This document shows, piece by piece, positions 1 to 11,165 of a stretch of DNA of 64,000 nucleotides; positions within the stretch are counted from its first letter, which is position 1, and the number at the start of each line of letters is the position of its first letter. The notes below the pieces were generated by a model. It did not search any database. It was given only the letters and a program-made list of their open reading frames with translations, and was not told where the DNA came from. The stretch spans positions 136,394 to 200,393 of the forward strand of contig CAWFDF010000010.1 in the NCBI GenBank assembly GCA_963814585.1. The letters are read 5' to 3'. Source of the DNA: an uncultured delta proteobacterium (lineage in GTDB: Bacteria > Myxococcota > Myxococcia > Myxococcales > Anaeromyxobacteraceae). Made by a program: the position numbers and the translations under genes.

Positions 1-524
1 TCGAAGAGGATGCCGGCCCGGGGCGCCATGTTGTGGGCGCCGCTGCTCAGCATGACGACGCGGCCATCCTCCGCCAGCCGGTCGAGCAGGCCGGTGACGA
101 GGATGAAGTGGCCGACGTGGTTGGTGAGGAGCTGCAGCTCGACGCCGAAGGCCTGCTCGCGCCTCGGCGGCGCCATGATCCCGGCGTTGCAGACGAGGGC
201 GTCGAGCGAGAAGCCGCCGCGCCTCACCGCCTCGACGCAGGCCCGCACGCTGGCCGGGTCGGAGAGCTCGCACGCCAGCGGCACGGCCCGCCCGCCGGCC
301 CCGGCGCACGCCGACCGCGCCTTCTCCAGGGTCCGCGCCGTGCCGAGCACCGTGGCGCCGCGCATCGTGAGCACCCGCAGGGACTCGAGCCCGAGCCCGG
401 AGCTGCAGCCGGTGACGAGGACGGTCTTCCCCTCCAGGGAGAGCCCCGCGGTGACCTCCTCGGCGGTGGAGCCGTAGCCGAAGCCGCTCGGCCCCTTCCC
501 CTTGAGGTGCTGGTACAGCGACAT
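1..524 (-). CDS. SDR family NAD(P)-dependent oxidoreductase (retinol dehydrogenase-like), 3' end beyond window
   Basis: Not in ORF track. Manual translation from ATG 524: MSLYQHLKGKGPSGFGYGSTAEEV...VLVTGCSSGLG...LVCNAGIM (TGxxxGxG and NAG motifs). SD AAGGAGGAG upstream. Confidence 0.85.
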   Translation of the reverse strand, partial: MSLYQHLKGKGPSGFGYGSTAEEVTAGLSLEGKTVLVTGCSSGLGLESLRVLTMRGATVLGTARTLEKARSACAGAGGRAVPLACELSDPASVRACVEAVRRGGFSLDALVCNAGIMAPPRREQAFGVELQLLTNHVGHFILVTGLLDRLAEDGRVVMLSSGAHNMAPRAGILF

Positions 525-747
525 GTGCTCCTCCTTGGCCCGAGGGCCGGCACCGGCCCGGGGGCACGGTCCCCCTTCCGACGGCGCCAGGTGATACTTC
601 GGCTCAACTCGCCGCGCCACCAGAGGGTCCTCGAACACCCGCCTCCCGGGAGTCATCGGCGGTATCCTGGGGCCATTTCCTGGACTCCCATCCCGCCACC
701 CCTTATCCATGAGTTGAATCCATCGAACCCGGAACAGGTGACTCCGC

Positions 748-951
748 GTGACCGAGCTGCTCTCAGCCCTGAAGACCATGGGCGTCGTCCTGGGGATCTG
801 GACGCTGGTCTCGGTCGTGGGAGCGCTGCTGCTGATCCCCTGGTTCCGGGCCCGGGCCCGCGCCAACGAGGCGCTCGCGCGGCGCGATCGGAGCGCCGAC
901 TGGGCCAGCGCCGCCCACCCGGACGACGGGCGCAAGATCGCCGACCGCTGA
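748..951 (+). CDS. small single-pass membrane protein, 67 aa
   Basis: Hydrophobic N-terminal helix followed by a charged tail; GC3-biased codons. Confidence 0.6.
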   Translation: MTELLSALKTMGVVLGIWTLVSVVGALLLIPWFRARARANEALARRDRSADWASAAHPDDGRKIADR

Positions 952-970
952 ACCCGGATCGGCCGCCCCG

Positions 971-1354
971 TCAGTGCCGGAGCGGCGGATCGCCGGCCGC
1001 GGTCCTCACCCGGGCCAGGATCCCGTCGAGCTTCACCTCGGCCTTGGGGATGTACCCCTGCACGCCCAGCAGCTCGGCCTCCCACTCGTAGCCGTAGGCG
1101 GAGAGGATCAGCACCGGGATCCCGGCCCAGCGAGGCTCGGCGCGCATCCGCTCGATCACGCCCCAGCCGTCGATGCCCGGCATCTTCAGGTCGAGCAGCA
1201 CCAGGCCGGGCGCCTCGCCCTCCAGCCGGAGCAGCGCGTCCTCGCCGCTGGCGGCCTGCTCGACCGGGTAGCCGGCCTGTGCCAGCACCTCGCAGAGCGC
1301 GGTCCGGAAGTCCTCGTCGTCGTCCACCACCAGGATGTACTGGCCCGGCGTCAT
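971..1354 (-). CDS. stand-alone response regulator receiver protein
   Basis: ILVVDDD, VLLDLKMP (phospho-Asp), ILSA and YIPK motifs; ATG overlaps the DHH gene stop (ATGA). Confidence 0.9.
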   Translation of the reverse strand: MTPGQYILVVDDDEDFRTALCEVLAQAGYPVEQAASGEDALLRLEGEAPGLVLLDLKMPGIDGWGVIERMRAEPRWAGIPVLILSAYGYEWEAELLGVQGYIPKAEVKLDGILARVRTAAGDPPLRH

Positions 1355-2316
1355 GTGGTCTCCGCGCCGAGCACGGTGGCGAGCTCGGCGCCGATGCGGC
1401 GGGCCTCGTCGCCCTGCCCCGGTGACAGCGTCACCGCCCCCACCACCGGGTGTCCGCCGCCGCCGTAGCGCTGGCAGAGCGCGCCGATGTCGTGGGTGCG
1501 CGGCACCTGCGGCCACGGGTTGGAGCCGACCGAGATCTTGGTCCGCCTCGGATCCTCGGAGACCACCACCGTGTAGCGGGCCTCGGGGAAGAGGTCGTAG
1601 GAGATGAACTTGTTGGTGCTCTCCAGCCCGGTGCCGAGCAGGTCGACCCGGACCACCCCGCGCTCCACCCGGGCCAGCCGCCGGTAGAGCGCGATGGCCT
1701 CCTGGTGGCGGGCCAGCAGCGGCGCCAGCGGCTCGGCGGCCCAGGGCTGGGCCACGATCCAGCCCAGCGGCCGGTGGCGCATGGCCTCGATGATCCGGTC
1801 GGGCAGCGCCGGGTCGTGGGAGGCCTCCAGCAGCGTCATCAGCCTCAGCGCCGGCTCCTCCAGCCGGACCGCCGTGGCGGCCGACGGGAAGCGGGCGGCG
1901 TCGATGATCTCCGCCCAGTGGACCAGCTCCTCGAGCCCCTCTCCCTCCCAGCCGAACTGGGCGCGCAGCGTGCGGGAGATGAAGCCGGTGCAGGAGGGCG
2001 CCCGCGGATCCCAGAACTGCTGGGGCGAGCGGCGCGCCTCGTAGGTGGCCTGGTCGGCCGCCGACAGGAAGGCGCTGGCGTGGTGGTCGAACCACCAGTG
2101 GAGCCCGGGGTCGGCCGAGTAGCGGAAGTCGACGCAGGCGTTGAGCGGCCCGGAGAAGGCGTCGGCCGGGAACGGATCGCCCTGCCGGTGGGCCATGGGC
2201 CGGTGGACCACGCCGCCGAGCCGGGCGCCCTCGCGCTCCGTCATGAAGCGGCCGAGGATGGCGGCCGAGGCGCAGCCGTCGAAGCAGTTGCCGTGATACA
2301 GGATCGTCAGGTGCAT
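1351..2316 (-). CDS. DHH family phosphoesterase (DHH/DHHA1)
   Basis: YHGNCFDG, CVDF, WFDHH and GGGGH motifs. Confidence 0.85.
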   Translation of the reverse strand: MHLTILYHGNCFDGCASAAILGRFMTEREGARLGGVVHRPMAHRQGDPFPADAFSGPLNACVDFRYSADPGLHWWFDHHASAFLSAADQATYEARRSPQQFWDPRAPSCTGFISRTLRAQFGWEGEGLEELVHWAEIIDAARFPSAATAVRLEEPALRLMTLLEASHDPALPDRIIEAMRHRPLGWIVAQPWAAEPLAPLLARHQEAIALYRRLARVERGVVRVDLLGTGLESTNKFISYDLFPEARYTVVVSEDPRRTKISVGSNPWPQVPRTHDIGALCQRYGGGGHPVVGAVTLSPGQGDEARRIGAELATVLGAETT

Positions 2317-2451
2317 CGTGGCGGGCAGCATAGCGGCAAGCCGGTGCGGGCACCGAGCGGTCGTCGAGGGGCGCCCCACCGGGGCCAGCGCCCCCTCCCG
2401 AGTCCCCTCCAAGTAGCGGCCCGCCAGCCCCGCGAGTAGACTCGCCGGGGC

Positions 2452-3417
2452 ATGGACGCCATCCGGGTCGGGGCCCTCCTCGATGACAAGAACTTCGACC
2501 TGCGGCTGACCCTGGTGGCCGGCAAGCAGGGGCTCTCGCGCCGCATCTCCTCCACGCGCATCCAGAAGCCCGGGCTGGTGCTGGCCGGGTTCACCGAGTA
2601 CCTGCACGGCGAGCGGGTGCAGATCTTCGGCAACACCGAGATGAGCTTCCTCTCCACCCTCCCGATCGAGCGGGTGCGCGAGGCCATGCGCCGCTTCTTC
2701 GAGGAGGACGTGGCCTGCCTGGTCGTCACCAAGGGCCTCCAGCCGACCCCGGAGATGATCGCCGCCGCCGAGGAGTCGGCCGTGCCGCTGTTCCGCACCA
2801 ACCACGTCTCCTCGGTCTTCATCGAGCAGATCCAGGGCTACCTCGAGGACGTGCTCACCGCCCAGACCTCGATGCACGGCGTGCTGCTCGACGTCTTCGG
2901 CGTCGGCATCCTGCTGCTCGGCAAGTCGGGCATCGGCAAGAGCGAGATCGCGCTCGACCTGGTCATGCGCGGCCACCGGCTGGTGGCCGACGACATCGTC
3001 GACGTGAAGCGCCGGATGCAGAAGGCGGTCTACGGCGCCGGCTCCGAGATCATCAAGCACCACATGGAGATCCGCGGCCTCGGCATCATCAACATCAAGG
3101 ACCTCTTCGGCGTCGCCTCGATCCGCGAGCGGAAGAAGATCGAGATCGTGATGGAGCTGGTGGAGTGGGACCCCAGCGTCGAGTACGACCGGCTCGGGGT
3201 CGAGGACCGCAAGTACCGGATCCTCGACGTGGAGATCGCCATGCTGGTGGTCCCGGTCCGACCGGGCCGCAACATGACCACCATCATCGAGGTGGCCGCC
3301 CGGAACCACCTGCTCAAGCAGCAGGGGCACCACTCGGCGCTGGAGTTCCAGGAGCGCCTCAACCGGGCCATCGCGCTCTCGCCGGGCGCGCGTCCGGAGG
3401 AGTCGGACGTCGAGTGA
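2452..3417 (+). CDS. hprK: HPr(Ser) kinase/phosphorylase
   Basis: HGVLLDV, Walker [32 protein letters not shown]. Confidence 0.97.
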   Translation: MDAIRVGALLDDKNFDLRLTLVAGKQGLSRRISSTRIQKPGLVLAGFTEYLHGERVQIFGNTEMSFLSTLPIERVREAMRRFFEEDVACLVVTKGLQPTPEMIAAAEESAVPLFRTNHVSSVFIEQIQGYLEDVLTAQTSMHGVLLDVFGVGILLLGKSGIGKSEIALDLVMRGHRLVADDIVDVKRRMQKAVYGAGSEIIKHHMEIRGLGIINIKDLFGVASIRERKKIEIVMELVEWDPSVEYDRLGVEDRKYRILDVEIAMLVVPVRPGRNMTTIIEVAARNHLLKQQGHHSALEFQERLNRAIALSPGARPEESDVE

Positions 3418-4301
3418 TCCCCGCCCCGCCCCCCCTCGCCGCCACCCGGCTGGTGATCCTCACCGGGGTGTCCGGCTCGGGGAAGTCGACCGCGCTCCGC
3501 GCCCTCGAGGACGCCGGCTTCTACTGCGTCGACAACCTGCCCATCGTGCTGCTGGAGAAGCTGCTGCAGCTCTCCGGCCACACCGCCGGCGAGGTCTCGA
3601 GCATCGCCGCGGTGGTGGACGCCCGCGACGTCCGCTTCCTGCCCGAGGCCCCGCGCATCATCGGCGAGCTGCGTGGGCTGGGCGTCGACCTGACCGTCCT
3701 CTTCCTCGACGCCAGCGACGAGTCGCTGGTGCGGCGCTACTCGGAGACCCGCCGCCGCCACCCGCTCTCGGGCGCGGCCGGCACCGTGGAGGAGGGGATC
3801 GCGGCGGAGCGCCAGGCGCTGGCCGGCCTGCGAGCGGTGGCCGACGAGGTGGTCGACACCAGCAGCCTCAACGTCCACGATCTGAAGCGGCTGGTGGGCA
3901 AGCGCTTCGCCTCCGGCGAGGGGGCCAAGCTGGGCGTGACGGTGGTCTCCTTCGGCTTCCGCTATGGCATCCCGGCCCACGCCGACCTGGTGCTCGACGT
4001 CCGCTTCCTCCCCAACCCGTACTTCGTCCCGGAGCTGAGGACGCGCGTCGGGACCGAGCCGGAGGTCCGCGACTTCGTGCTCTCCCAGCCCGACACCCAG
4101 GGCTTCCTCGACCGGCTCTACGACTTCGGTGGCTTCCTGCTGCCCCGCTACAAGGCCGAGGGGAAGAGCTACCTGACCATCGCCATCGGCTGCACCGGCG
4201 GCAAGCACCGCTCGGTGGCCATCGCCGCGGAGCTGGCGCGGCGGCTGGAGGCGGCCGGCCAGGCGGTTCGCCTCTGGCATCGAGACATCGAGAAGGAGTA
4301 G
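3414..4301 (+). CDS. rapZ: RNase adapter RapZ (YvcJ/YhbJ family)
   Basis: [55 protein letters not shown] overlaps the hprK stop. Confidence 0.95.
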   Translation: MIPAPPPLAATRLVILTGVSGSGKSTALRALEDAGFYCVDNLPIVLLEKLLQLSGHTAGEVSSIAAVVDARDVRFLPEAPRIIGELRGLGVDLTVLFLDASDESLVRRYSETRRRHPLSGAAGTVEEGIAAERQALAGLRAVADEVVDTSSLNVHDLKRLVGKRFASGEGAKLGVTVVSFGFRYGIPAHADLVLDVRFLPNPYFVPELRTRVGTEPEVRDFVLSQPDTQGFLDRLYDFGGFLLPRYKAEGKSYLTIAIGCTGGKHRSVAIAAELARRLEAAGQAVRLWHRDIEKE

Positions 4302-4315
4302 GTTCCCGCCCCGCC

Positions 4316-4729
4316 ATGGTCGGACTCGTCGTCGCCACGCACGGACAACTGGCCGCGGAGCTGCTCCGCACGGCCGAGGGCATCGTCGGCCCGGTACCCA
4401 GCGGCGCCGCCGTCTCCGTCGACGCCTCCACCTCGGTGGAGGAGGCGCGGGCGCGCCTCGCCACCGCCATCCACAAGGTGGGGGCCGACGGCGACGGGGT
4501 GCTGGTGCTCACCGACATGTTCGGCGGCACGCCCGCCAACCTGGCGCTCACCTTCCTCGACGAACAGATCGAGGTGGTCACCGGCGTCAACCTGCCCATG
4601 CTGATGAAGCTGGCCAGCAGCCGCAACAACGGGCTGAAGGCGGCGGCCGAGCTGGCGACGGCCCAGGGGCAGAAGAACATCACCCTGGCCAGCGCGCTGC
4701 TGCGCGCCAGCGTCGCAGCGAAGCGCTGA
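4316..4729 (+). CDS. PTS mannose/fructose family EIIA component
   Basis: VVATHG (phospho-His), LTDMFGGTPAN, TGVNLPML. Confidence 0.93.
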   Translation: MVGLVVATHGQLAAELLRTAEGIVGPVPSGAAVSVDASTSVEEARARLATAIHKVGADGDGVLVLTDMFGGTPANLALTFLDEQIEVVTGVNLPMLMKLASSRNNGLKAAAELATAQGQKNITLASALLRASVAAKR

Positions 4730-4741
4730 GCCGGGGGCCCC

Positions 4742-5236
4742 GTGATCGCCCTGGTCCGCGTCGACAACCGGCTGCTCCACGGGCAGGTGCTCGAGGCCTG
4801 GATGCCGGTGCTCCGGGCCACCGAGGTGGTGGTGGCCGACGACGAGGCGGCGCTGAGCCCGCTGGCGCGCGCCGCCATGACCCTCTGCGTTCCCTGCGAG
4901 ACGCCGGCCCGCATCGAGCGGATGGCGGCGGTCGACTTCGCCGCCCTGGCGGCCTCGAGGGCCACCGTGCTGCTGCTGGTGCGCGACGTGGCCGGCCTGG
5001 TCGAGGCGACGAGGCGCGGGCTGACGCCGGCCCGGGCGCCCCGGCTCAACCTCGGCAACGTCCACTTCGCCATGGGGCGACGCCCCGTCACCCCCTCGGT
5101 CTTCCTCACCGCCGAGGAGCTGGGGGAGCTGAGGGTCCTGGCGGCGGCCGGGTTCGCCATCGAGGCCCGGGCCATCCCGACGGACGAAGGGTACGGGCTG
5201 GACGAGCTCGAGCGCCGGTACGCCGCCGCCCGATAG
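4742..5236 (+). CDS. PTS mannose/fructose/sorbose family EIIB component
   Basis: RVDNRLLHGQV phospho-His motif, LNLGNV. Confidence 0.92.
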   Translation: MIALVRVDNRLLHGQVLEAWMPVLRATEVVVADDEAALSPLARAAMTLCVPCETPARIERMAAVDFAALAASRATVLLLVRDVAGLVEATRRGLTPARAPRLNLGNVHFAMGRRPVTPSVFLTAEELGELRVLAAAGFAIEARAIPTDEGYGLDELERRYAAAR

Positions 5237-5254
5237 GCTACACTCCACGCCACC

Positions 5255-5950
5255 GTGGGCTATCTCCTGCTCGGCATCGTGGCCGGCCTCGCCGCCGTGG
5301 AGCGCAAGGGCTTCCTGCAAGCCATGCTCTCGCGCCCCATCGCGCTGGCCCCGCTCACCGGCCTGGCGCTGGGCGACCTGGCCGGCGGCCTGGCGGTGGC
5401 GGCGCCCCTGGAGCTGCTCTGGCTCGGCGCCGTCAACCTGGGCGCGGCCCTGCCGGTCCACGAGGCGCTCGGGACGGTGGTCATCGCCGGCGGCGCGGTG
5501 CTGGCCGGGCAGGAGCTCGGGACCGGCGTGACCCCGGCCACCGCGGTGGTGGCCCTGCTGGCCGGGGCGCCGCTGGCATTGCTGGGGCGGCGGGCCGATC
5601 GCTTCGTCGAGGTGGCCAACGAGCGGCTGTCGCTCTTCGCCGAGGAGACGCTGCGCCGCCACCACCCCCACGCCGCCGTCCGGCTCAACCTGGCCGGGCT
5701 GGCCATGCCTTTCGCCATCGCGGCGGCGCTGGCGCCTGCCGGTGCGCTGCTGGCCGCCGAGCTGGCGGTCCGGCTGCTCCGTGCCGCGCCCACCCTCGAC
5801 GGCCCGCTCCGCATCGGCTGGCTGGCCTTCTGCGGCCTGGCCTGCGCCGCGGGCGCCCGGGCGCTGCGGGCACGGCGGGCCACCGTCATCTTCGGCGTGA
5901 GCGCGGCGGCCGCCCTGCTCGTCGGCCTGGGACTGCGGGCGACGCCATGA
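5255..5950 (+). CDS. PTS mannose family EIIC component
   Basis: Hydrophobic; MLSRPI...LELLWLG...GAALP motifs; operon position. Confidence 0.85.
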   Translation: MGYLLLGIVAGLAAVERKGFLQAMLSRPIALAPLTGLALGDLAGGLAVAAPLELLWLGAVNLGAALPVHEALGTVVIAGGAVLAGQELGTGVTPATAVVALLAGAPLALLGRRADRFVEVANERLSLFAEETLRRHHPHAAVRLNLAGLAMPFAIAAALAPAGALLAAELAVRLLRAAPTLDGPLRIGWLAFCGLACAAGARALRARRATVIFGVSAAAALLVGLGLRATP

Positions 5951-6720
5951 CCATCCGCTTCCGCACCAGGGCCCATGTCTTCTGGCGCTGCCTCTTCCTG
6001 CAGGCGGCCTGGAACCGGCGCGGCATGCAGAACCTCGGCTTCGCCTATGCCATCGAGCCCGCGCTCGACGCGCTCTACGCCGATCCGGCCAGGCGGGAGG
6101 AGGCGCTGGCCCGCCACCTCGGCTTCTTCAACTGCCATCCCTACATGGCGGCCGCCATCCTCGGCGGCGCCATCCACCACGAGGAGCGGGTGGCCGCCGG
6201 GGAGGAGCCGGGGGCGGCGCCGCTCTCCTACAAGGCGACGCTGCAGGGGCCGCTGGCGGCGCTCGGGGACGGCTTCTTCTGGACCGCGCTGCGCCCGTTC
6301 TTCGGCGCCCTGGCGGCGCTGGGGGCGCTGGTGGCCGGCTGGCCGGCCATCGCGGTCGCGGTGGTGCTCTACAACCTCGTCCAGTTCTCCCTGCGGGCCG
6401 CCCTGTTCCGCGCGGGCTACCAGCAGGGCGACGCCGTGGTCGGGATCATCGCCCGGCTGGCGCTGCCCCGCGTGGCCGACCGGCTGCGGGCGGCCGGCGT
6501 GGCGCTCTGCGGCGCGGCGGCCGCGGCGGTGGCGCTGCAGGTCGGCGCCGGGCTGGCCGGGACCGGGGCGGCGGCGGCGTCCCTGGTGGTGGGCTCGGCG
6601 GCGGGCGCCGGCTACCTGGCGCTGGCCCGGGGCACGCCGCTCCTCCCGGCCGCCTACCTGGCGGCGGTGCTCGGGACCGTGGTGGCGGCCGTGGCCGGGT
6701 GGGACGGGGGGCCCTGGTGA
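5947..6720 (+). CDS. PTS mannose family EIID component
   Basis: LQAAWN..GMQNLGFAY, HLGFFNCHP, GPLAALGDGFFW. Confidence 0.92.
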   Translation: MTIRFRTRAHVFWRCLFLQAAWNRRGMQNLGFAYAIEPALDALYADPARREEALARHLGFFNCHPYMAAAILGGAIHHEERVAAGEEPGAAPLSYKATLQGPLAALGDGFFWTALRPFFGALAALGALVAGWPAIAVAVVLYNLVQFSLRAALFRAGYQQGDAVVGIIARLALPRVADRLRAAGVALCGAAAAAVALQVGAGLAGTGAAAASLVVGSAAGAGYLALARGTPLLPAAYLAAVLGTVVAAVAGWDGGPW

Positions 6721-6986
6721 GACTGGAGCAGGCCTTCACCGTCGTCAACCCGCTGGGGCTCCACGCCCGGCCAGCCTCGCAGCTGGTGCAGATCGCCAAC
6801 CGGCACGCCTGCGAGGTGCTGATCGTGAAGGACGGGACTTCCGTCAACGCCAAGAGCATCATGGGCGTCCTCACCCTGGCGGCGGCGCGCGGCTCCAAGC
6901 TGACGGTGGTGTGCGAGGGCGGGGACGCCGAGGCGGCCATGGCGGCCATCGGCAAGCTGATCGAGGCAGGCTTCGGAGAGCGGTAG
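6717..6986 (+). CDS. ptsH: phosphocarrier protein HPr
   Basis: GLHARPA (His15) and NAKSIMGVL (Ser46); GTG overlaps the EIID stop. Confidence 0.95.
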   Translation: MRLEQAFTVVNPLGLHARPASQLVQIANRHACEVLIVKDGTSVNAKSIMGVLTLAAARGSKLTVVCEGGDAEAAMAAIGKLIEAGFGER

Positions 6987-7011
6987 CACCTTCCCAGGGC
7001 TGGGGCACCAC

Positions 7012-8802
7012 ATGGCGGCCGGAACCACCACCTTGAACGGCATCGGCGCCTCGCCCGGCATCGCCATCGGGCGCTGCTGGCCGGTCGACCGGCGCAAGGT
7101 GCGGACGCCCAAGCGGCGGCTCGGCCCGGACGAGATCGAGCCGGAGCTGGCCCGCTTCCAGGTGGCGCTGGAGACCTCGGACCGGCAGCTCGACGAGGTC
7201 CGCCGGAAGGTCACGGTGACGGAGGGCAGCGGCGCCAGCGAGCACATCGCCATCATCGACATCCACCGGCTCATGCTCAAGGACGAGATGCTGGTCCTCG
7301 AGGTGCAGAAGCTGATCCGCGAGGAGCGGCTCAACGCCGAGTGGTCGATCAAGCGGGCGGTCCGCAAGATCAAGGGCGCCTTCTCCGCCGACGCCGACGA
7401 GTATTTCAAGGAGCGCCGCGCCGACGTCGACTACGTGGGCGAGCGGATCATCAAGAACCTGCTCGGCCAGCAGGTGGATGTCGAGGAGCTGCCGCCGGAG
7501 GGGGCCATCATCGTGGCCCACGACCTGACCCCGGCCGACACCGCGCTCCTGCTCCACGAGCGGAAGGTCGGGGCCTTCGTCACCGACGCCGGCGCCAAGA
7601 CCAGCCACACCGCCATCGTGGCCCGCGCGCTCGAGGTGCCGGCGGTGGTGGCGGTGGGGCGCATCACCGCCCTGGCCGACAAGGGCGACTGGATCATCGT
7701 CGACGGCACCCGCGGCGTGGTGATCATCCACCCGACGCCGGGCGAGCGCGCCGACTACGAGGCGGCGCGCGAGCGCTTCCACGTCCACGAGCGCGAGCTG
7801 CTCCGCACCCGCGAGCTGCCGGCCACCACGCAGGACGGGGTCACCGTCAAGCTGGCCGGCAACATCGAGTTCGCCGAGGAGGTCCCCAGCCTGCTCAACC
7901 ACGGCGGCGAGGCGGTGGGCCTCTACCGGACCGAGTTCCTCTACCTGCAGCGGGACCGGCTGCCGACCGAGGAGGAGCACTACCAGGACTACCGGCGGGT
8001 GCTGGAGGCGCTGGCGCCACGCCCGGTCACCATCCGCACCTTCGACCTCGGCGGCGACAAGCTGCCGGCCGGGTTGAAGGCCCACTCCGAGAACCCGGCC
8101 ATGGGGCTGCGGGCCATCCGCTACTGCCTGCGCCAGCCCGACATGTTCCGCAGCCAGCTGCGGGCGCTGCTGCGGGCCTCGGTCCACGGCCAGCTCCGCC
8201 TCATGTTCCCCATGATCTCGGGCGTGGCCGAGGTGCGGGCCGCCCGGAAGATCCTCCTGGAGGTCCGCGACGAGCTGGCCGAGGAGGGGCTGGATCGGCC
8301 CTTGCCGCCGGTGGGGATCATGATCGAGCTGCCCAGCGCCGCCCTGATGGCCGACCGGCTGGCGCGCGAAGTGGACTTCTTCAGCATCGGCACCAACGAC
8401 CTCATCCAGTACACCATCGGCATCGACCGGCAGAACAAGGACGTCGCCTACCTCTACCGGCCGCTCCACCTCTCGGTGCTGCGGCTCCTCAAGCAGATCT
8501 GCGACGCCGGCCGCGAGGCCGGCATCCCGGTCTCGATGTGCGGCGAGATGGCCGGCGAGCCGCTCAACGTCCTGGTGCTGCTCGGGCTGGGCGTCACCGA
8601 GTTCTCCATGAACGGGCCCTCCATCCCGCTGGTGAAGAGGGTGGTGCGGGCGGCGCGAGCCGAGGACGGGCGGGCCCTGGTGGCGCGGATGCTGGCGCTG
8701 ACGCAGGCCGACGACATCGAGCGCGAGGTGCGCGACGAGATGAATCGGCGCTTCGGCTCGCTCATGGAGCACGATTCCCGGGTGGGGCCGGTCTCCGGCT
8801 AG
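7012..8802 (+). CDS. ptsI: PEP-protein phosphotransferase, enzyme I
   Basis: TSHTAIVAR, GLYRTEFL, RTFDLGGDK, FFSIGTNDLIQY, CGEMAG. Confidence 0.97.
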   Translation: MAAGTTTLNGIGASPGIAIGRCWPVDRRKVRTPKRRLGPDEIEPELARFQVALETSDRQLDEVRRKVTVTEGSGASEHIAIIDIHRLMLKDEMLVLEVQKLIREERLNAEWSIKRAVRKIKGAFSADADEYFKERRADVDYVGERIIKNLLGQQVDVEELPPEGAIIVAHDLTPADTALLLHERKVGAFVTDAGAKTSHTAIVARALEVPAVVAVGRITALADKGDWIIVDGTRGVVIIHPTPGERADYEAARERFHVHERELLRTRELPATTQDGVTVKLAGNIEFAEEVPSLLNHGGEAVGLYRTEFLYLQRDRLPTEEEHYQDYRRVLEALAPRPVTIRTFDLGGDKLPAGLKAHSENPAMGLRAIRYCLRQPDMFRSQLRALLRASVHGQLRLMFPMISGVAEVRAARKILLEVRDELAEEGLDRPLPPVGIMIELPSAALMADRLAREVDFFSIGTNDLIQYTIGIDRQNKDVAYLYRPLHLSVLRLLKQICDAGREAGIPVSMCGEMAGEPLNVLVLLGLGVTEFSMNGPSIPLVKRVVRAARAEDGRALVARMLALTQADDIEREVRDEMNRRFGSLMEHDSRVGPVSG

Positions 8803-8851
8803 GCGGGGTGGCCCTCCGCTGGCGCGGATGCCCGGCGGGTCGTCCGCCATG

Positions 8852-8881
8852 TTGACAGGTACGCTGGCGGGCGCTTAGGTT
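8852..8881 (+). promoter_or_regulatory. sigma70-type promoter for metK
   Basis: TTGACA (8852-8857), 18-bp spacer, TAGGTT (8876-8881). Confidence 0.6.
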
Positions 8882-8914
8882 GCGTCCCTTTCGAGCCTTC
8901 CAGGGAGCAGCCCC

Positions 8915-10066
<1,152 letters not shown>

Positions 10067-10132
10067 CCGCGACCTGTTCGCCTGCGGCCCTGCGGTGGGC
10101 CCTCGGGCTTGATCCGCAGGGGGCATCCAGTG

Positions 10133-10150
10133 TATCCGTTCACCCGGATA
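10133..10150. promoter_or_regulatory. palindromic operator TATCCG-N6-CGGATA, probable SahR autoregulatory site
   Basis: Perfect 6-bp inverted half-sites ending 5 nt before the ArsR-methyltransferase ATG. Confidence 0.55.
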
Positions 10151-10155
10151 TAGCG

Positions 10156-11133
10156 ATGAATGCCGCGACCGCCAGCGCCACCCGCCGCCACCTCGCCCTG
10201 CTGGGCTGGATGGACGGGCTCGCCGACCAGACCCGGCTCCGGCTGCTGCGGGTGCTGGAGCGCGAGGAGCTCTCGGTGCAGGAGCTCTGCGAGGTGCTGC
10301 GGCTGCCGCAGTCGACGGTGTCGCGCCACCTGAAGACGCTCTCGGGCCAGGGCTGGCTGGCCTCCCGGCGCCAGGGCACCGCCACCTTCTACCGCTTCGC
10401 CGACGCCGCCGATCCCGGGGCGCGCCGCCTCTGGAAGCTGGCCCGCGCCGAGACCGACGGCTGGGCGGCGGCGGAGCAGGACGAGGCGCGGCTGGAGGCC
10501 CGGCTGCGGGCGCGGCGCGAAGGGGCGGAGGAGTTCTTCGCCGGCGCGGCGCTGGAGTGGGAGGCGCTGCGCGCCGAGGCCTACGGGCTGCGCTTCGAGC
10601 GCGAGGCGCTGCTCGGGCTGCTGCCGCCGGAGCTCGCCGTGGCCGACCTCGGCTGCGGCGCCGGCACGCTCACCGCGGCGCTGGCGCCCCACGTCGGCCG
10701 GGTCATCGGCGTCGACCAGTCGGCCGCCATGCTGCGCGTGGCGCGCCGCCGCCTCTCCGGCTTCGACAACGTCGAGCTGCACCGGGCCGGCCTCGAGGCG
10801 CTGCCGCTCCCCGCCGCCAGCTGCGACGCGGCCCTGCTGGTGCTGGTGCTCACCTACGTGCCCGAGGTGGCGGCGGTGCTCTCCGAGGCGGCCCGCATCG
10901 TCAGGCCGGGCGGCCGCCTGGTGGTGGTGGACCTGGCCCGTCACGGCGACGAGACCTTCGCCCGCCGGCTCGGCCAGGTCCGCCTCGGCTTCGCCCCCGA
11001 CGAGCTCGCCCGCGCCTTTGCCGCCGCCGGCCTCGCCGCGCCGTCGGTCCGCCCGCTGCCGCCCGAGCCCGGGGCCCGCGGCCCCGCCCTCCTCATCGCC
11101 ACCGCCCGGCAGCCCGCCGGGCCCCACCGCTAG
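10156..11133 (+). CDS. sahR: ArsR-family HTH + SAM-methyltransferase-fold regulator (SahR-like)
   Basis: N-terminal ArsR ([17 protein letters not shown]) plus DLGCGAG motif; lies between metK and ahcY. Confidence 0.85.
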   Translation: MNAATASATRRHLALLGWMDGLADQTRLRLLRVLEREELSVQELCEVLRLPQSTVSRHLKTLSGQGWLASRRQGTATFYRFADAADPGARRLWKLARAETDGWAAAEQDEARLEARLRARREGAEEFFAGAALEWEALRAEAYGLRFEREALLGLLPPELAVADLGCGAGTLTAALAPHVGRVIGVDQSAAMLRVARRRLSGFDNVELHRAGLEALPLPAASCDAALLVLVLTYVPEVAAVLSEAARIVRPGGRLVVVDLARHGDETFARRLGQVRLGFAPDELARAFAAAGLAAPSVRPLPPEPGARGPALLIATARQPAGPHR

Positions 11134-11165
11134 ACCGAAGCCGCACGAACCCAGGAGAAGACCCC

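Noticed and set aside
8803..8914. SAM riboswitch upstream of metK (also SAH riboswitch before ahcY)
   Set aside because: Leaders are too short and lack recognisable consensus elements
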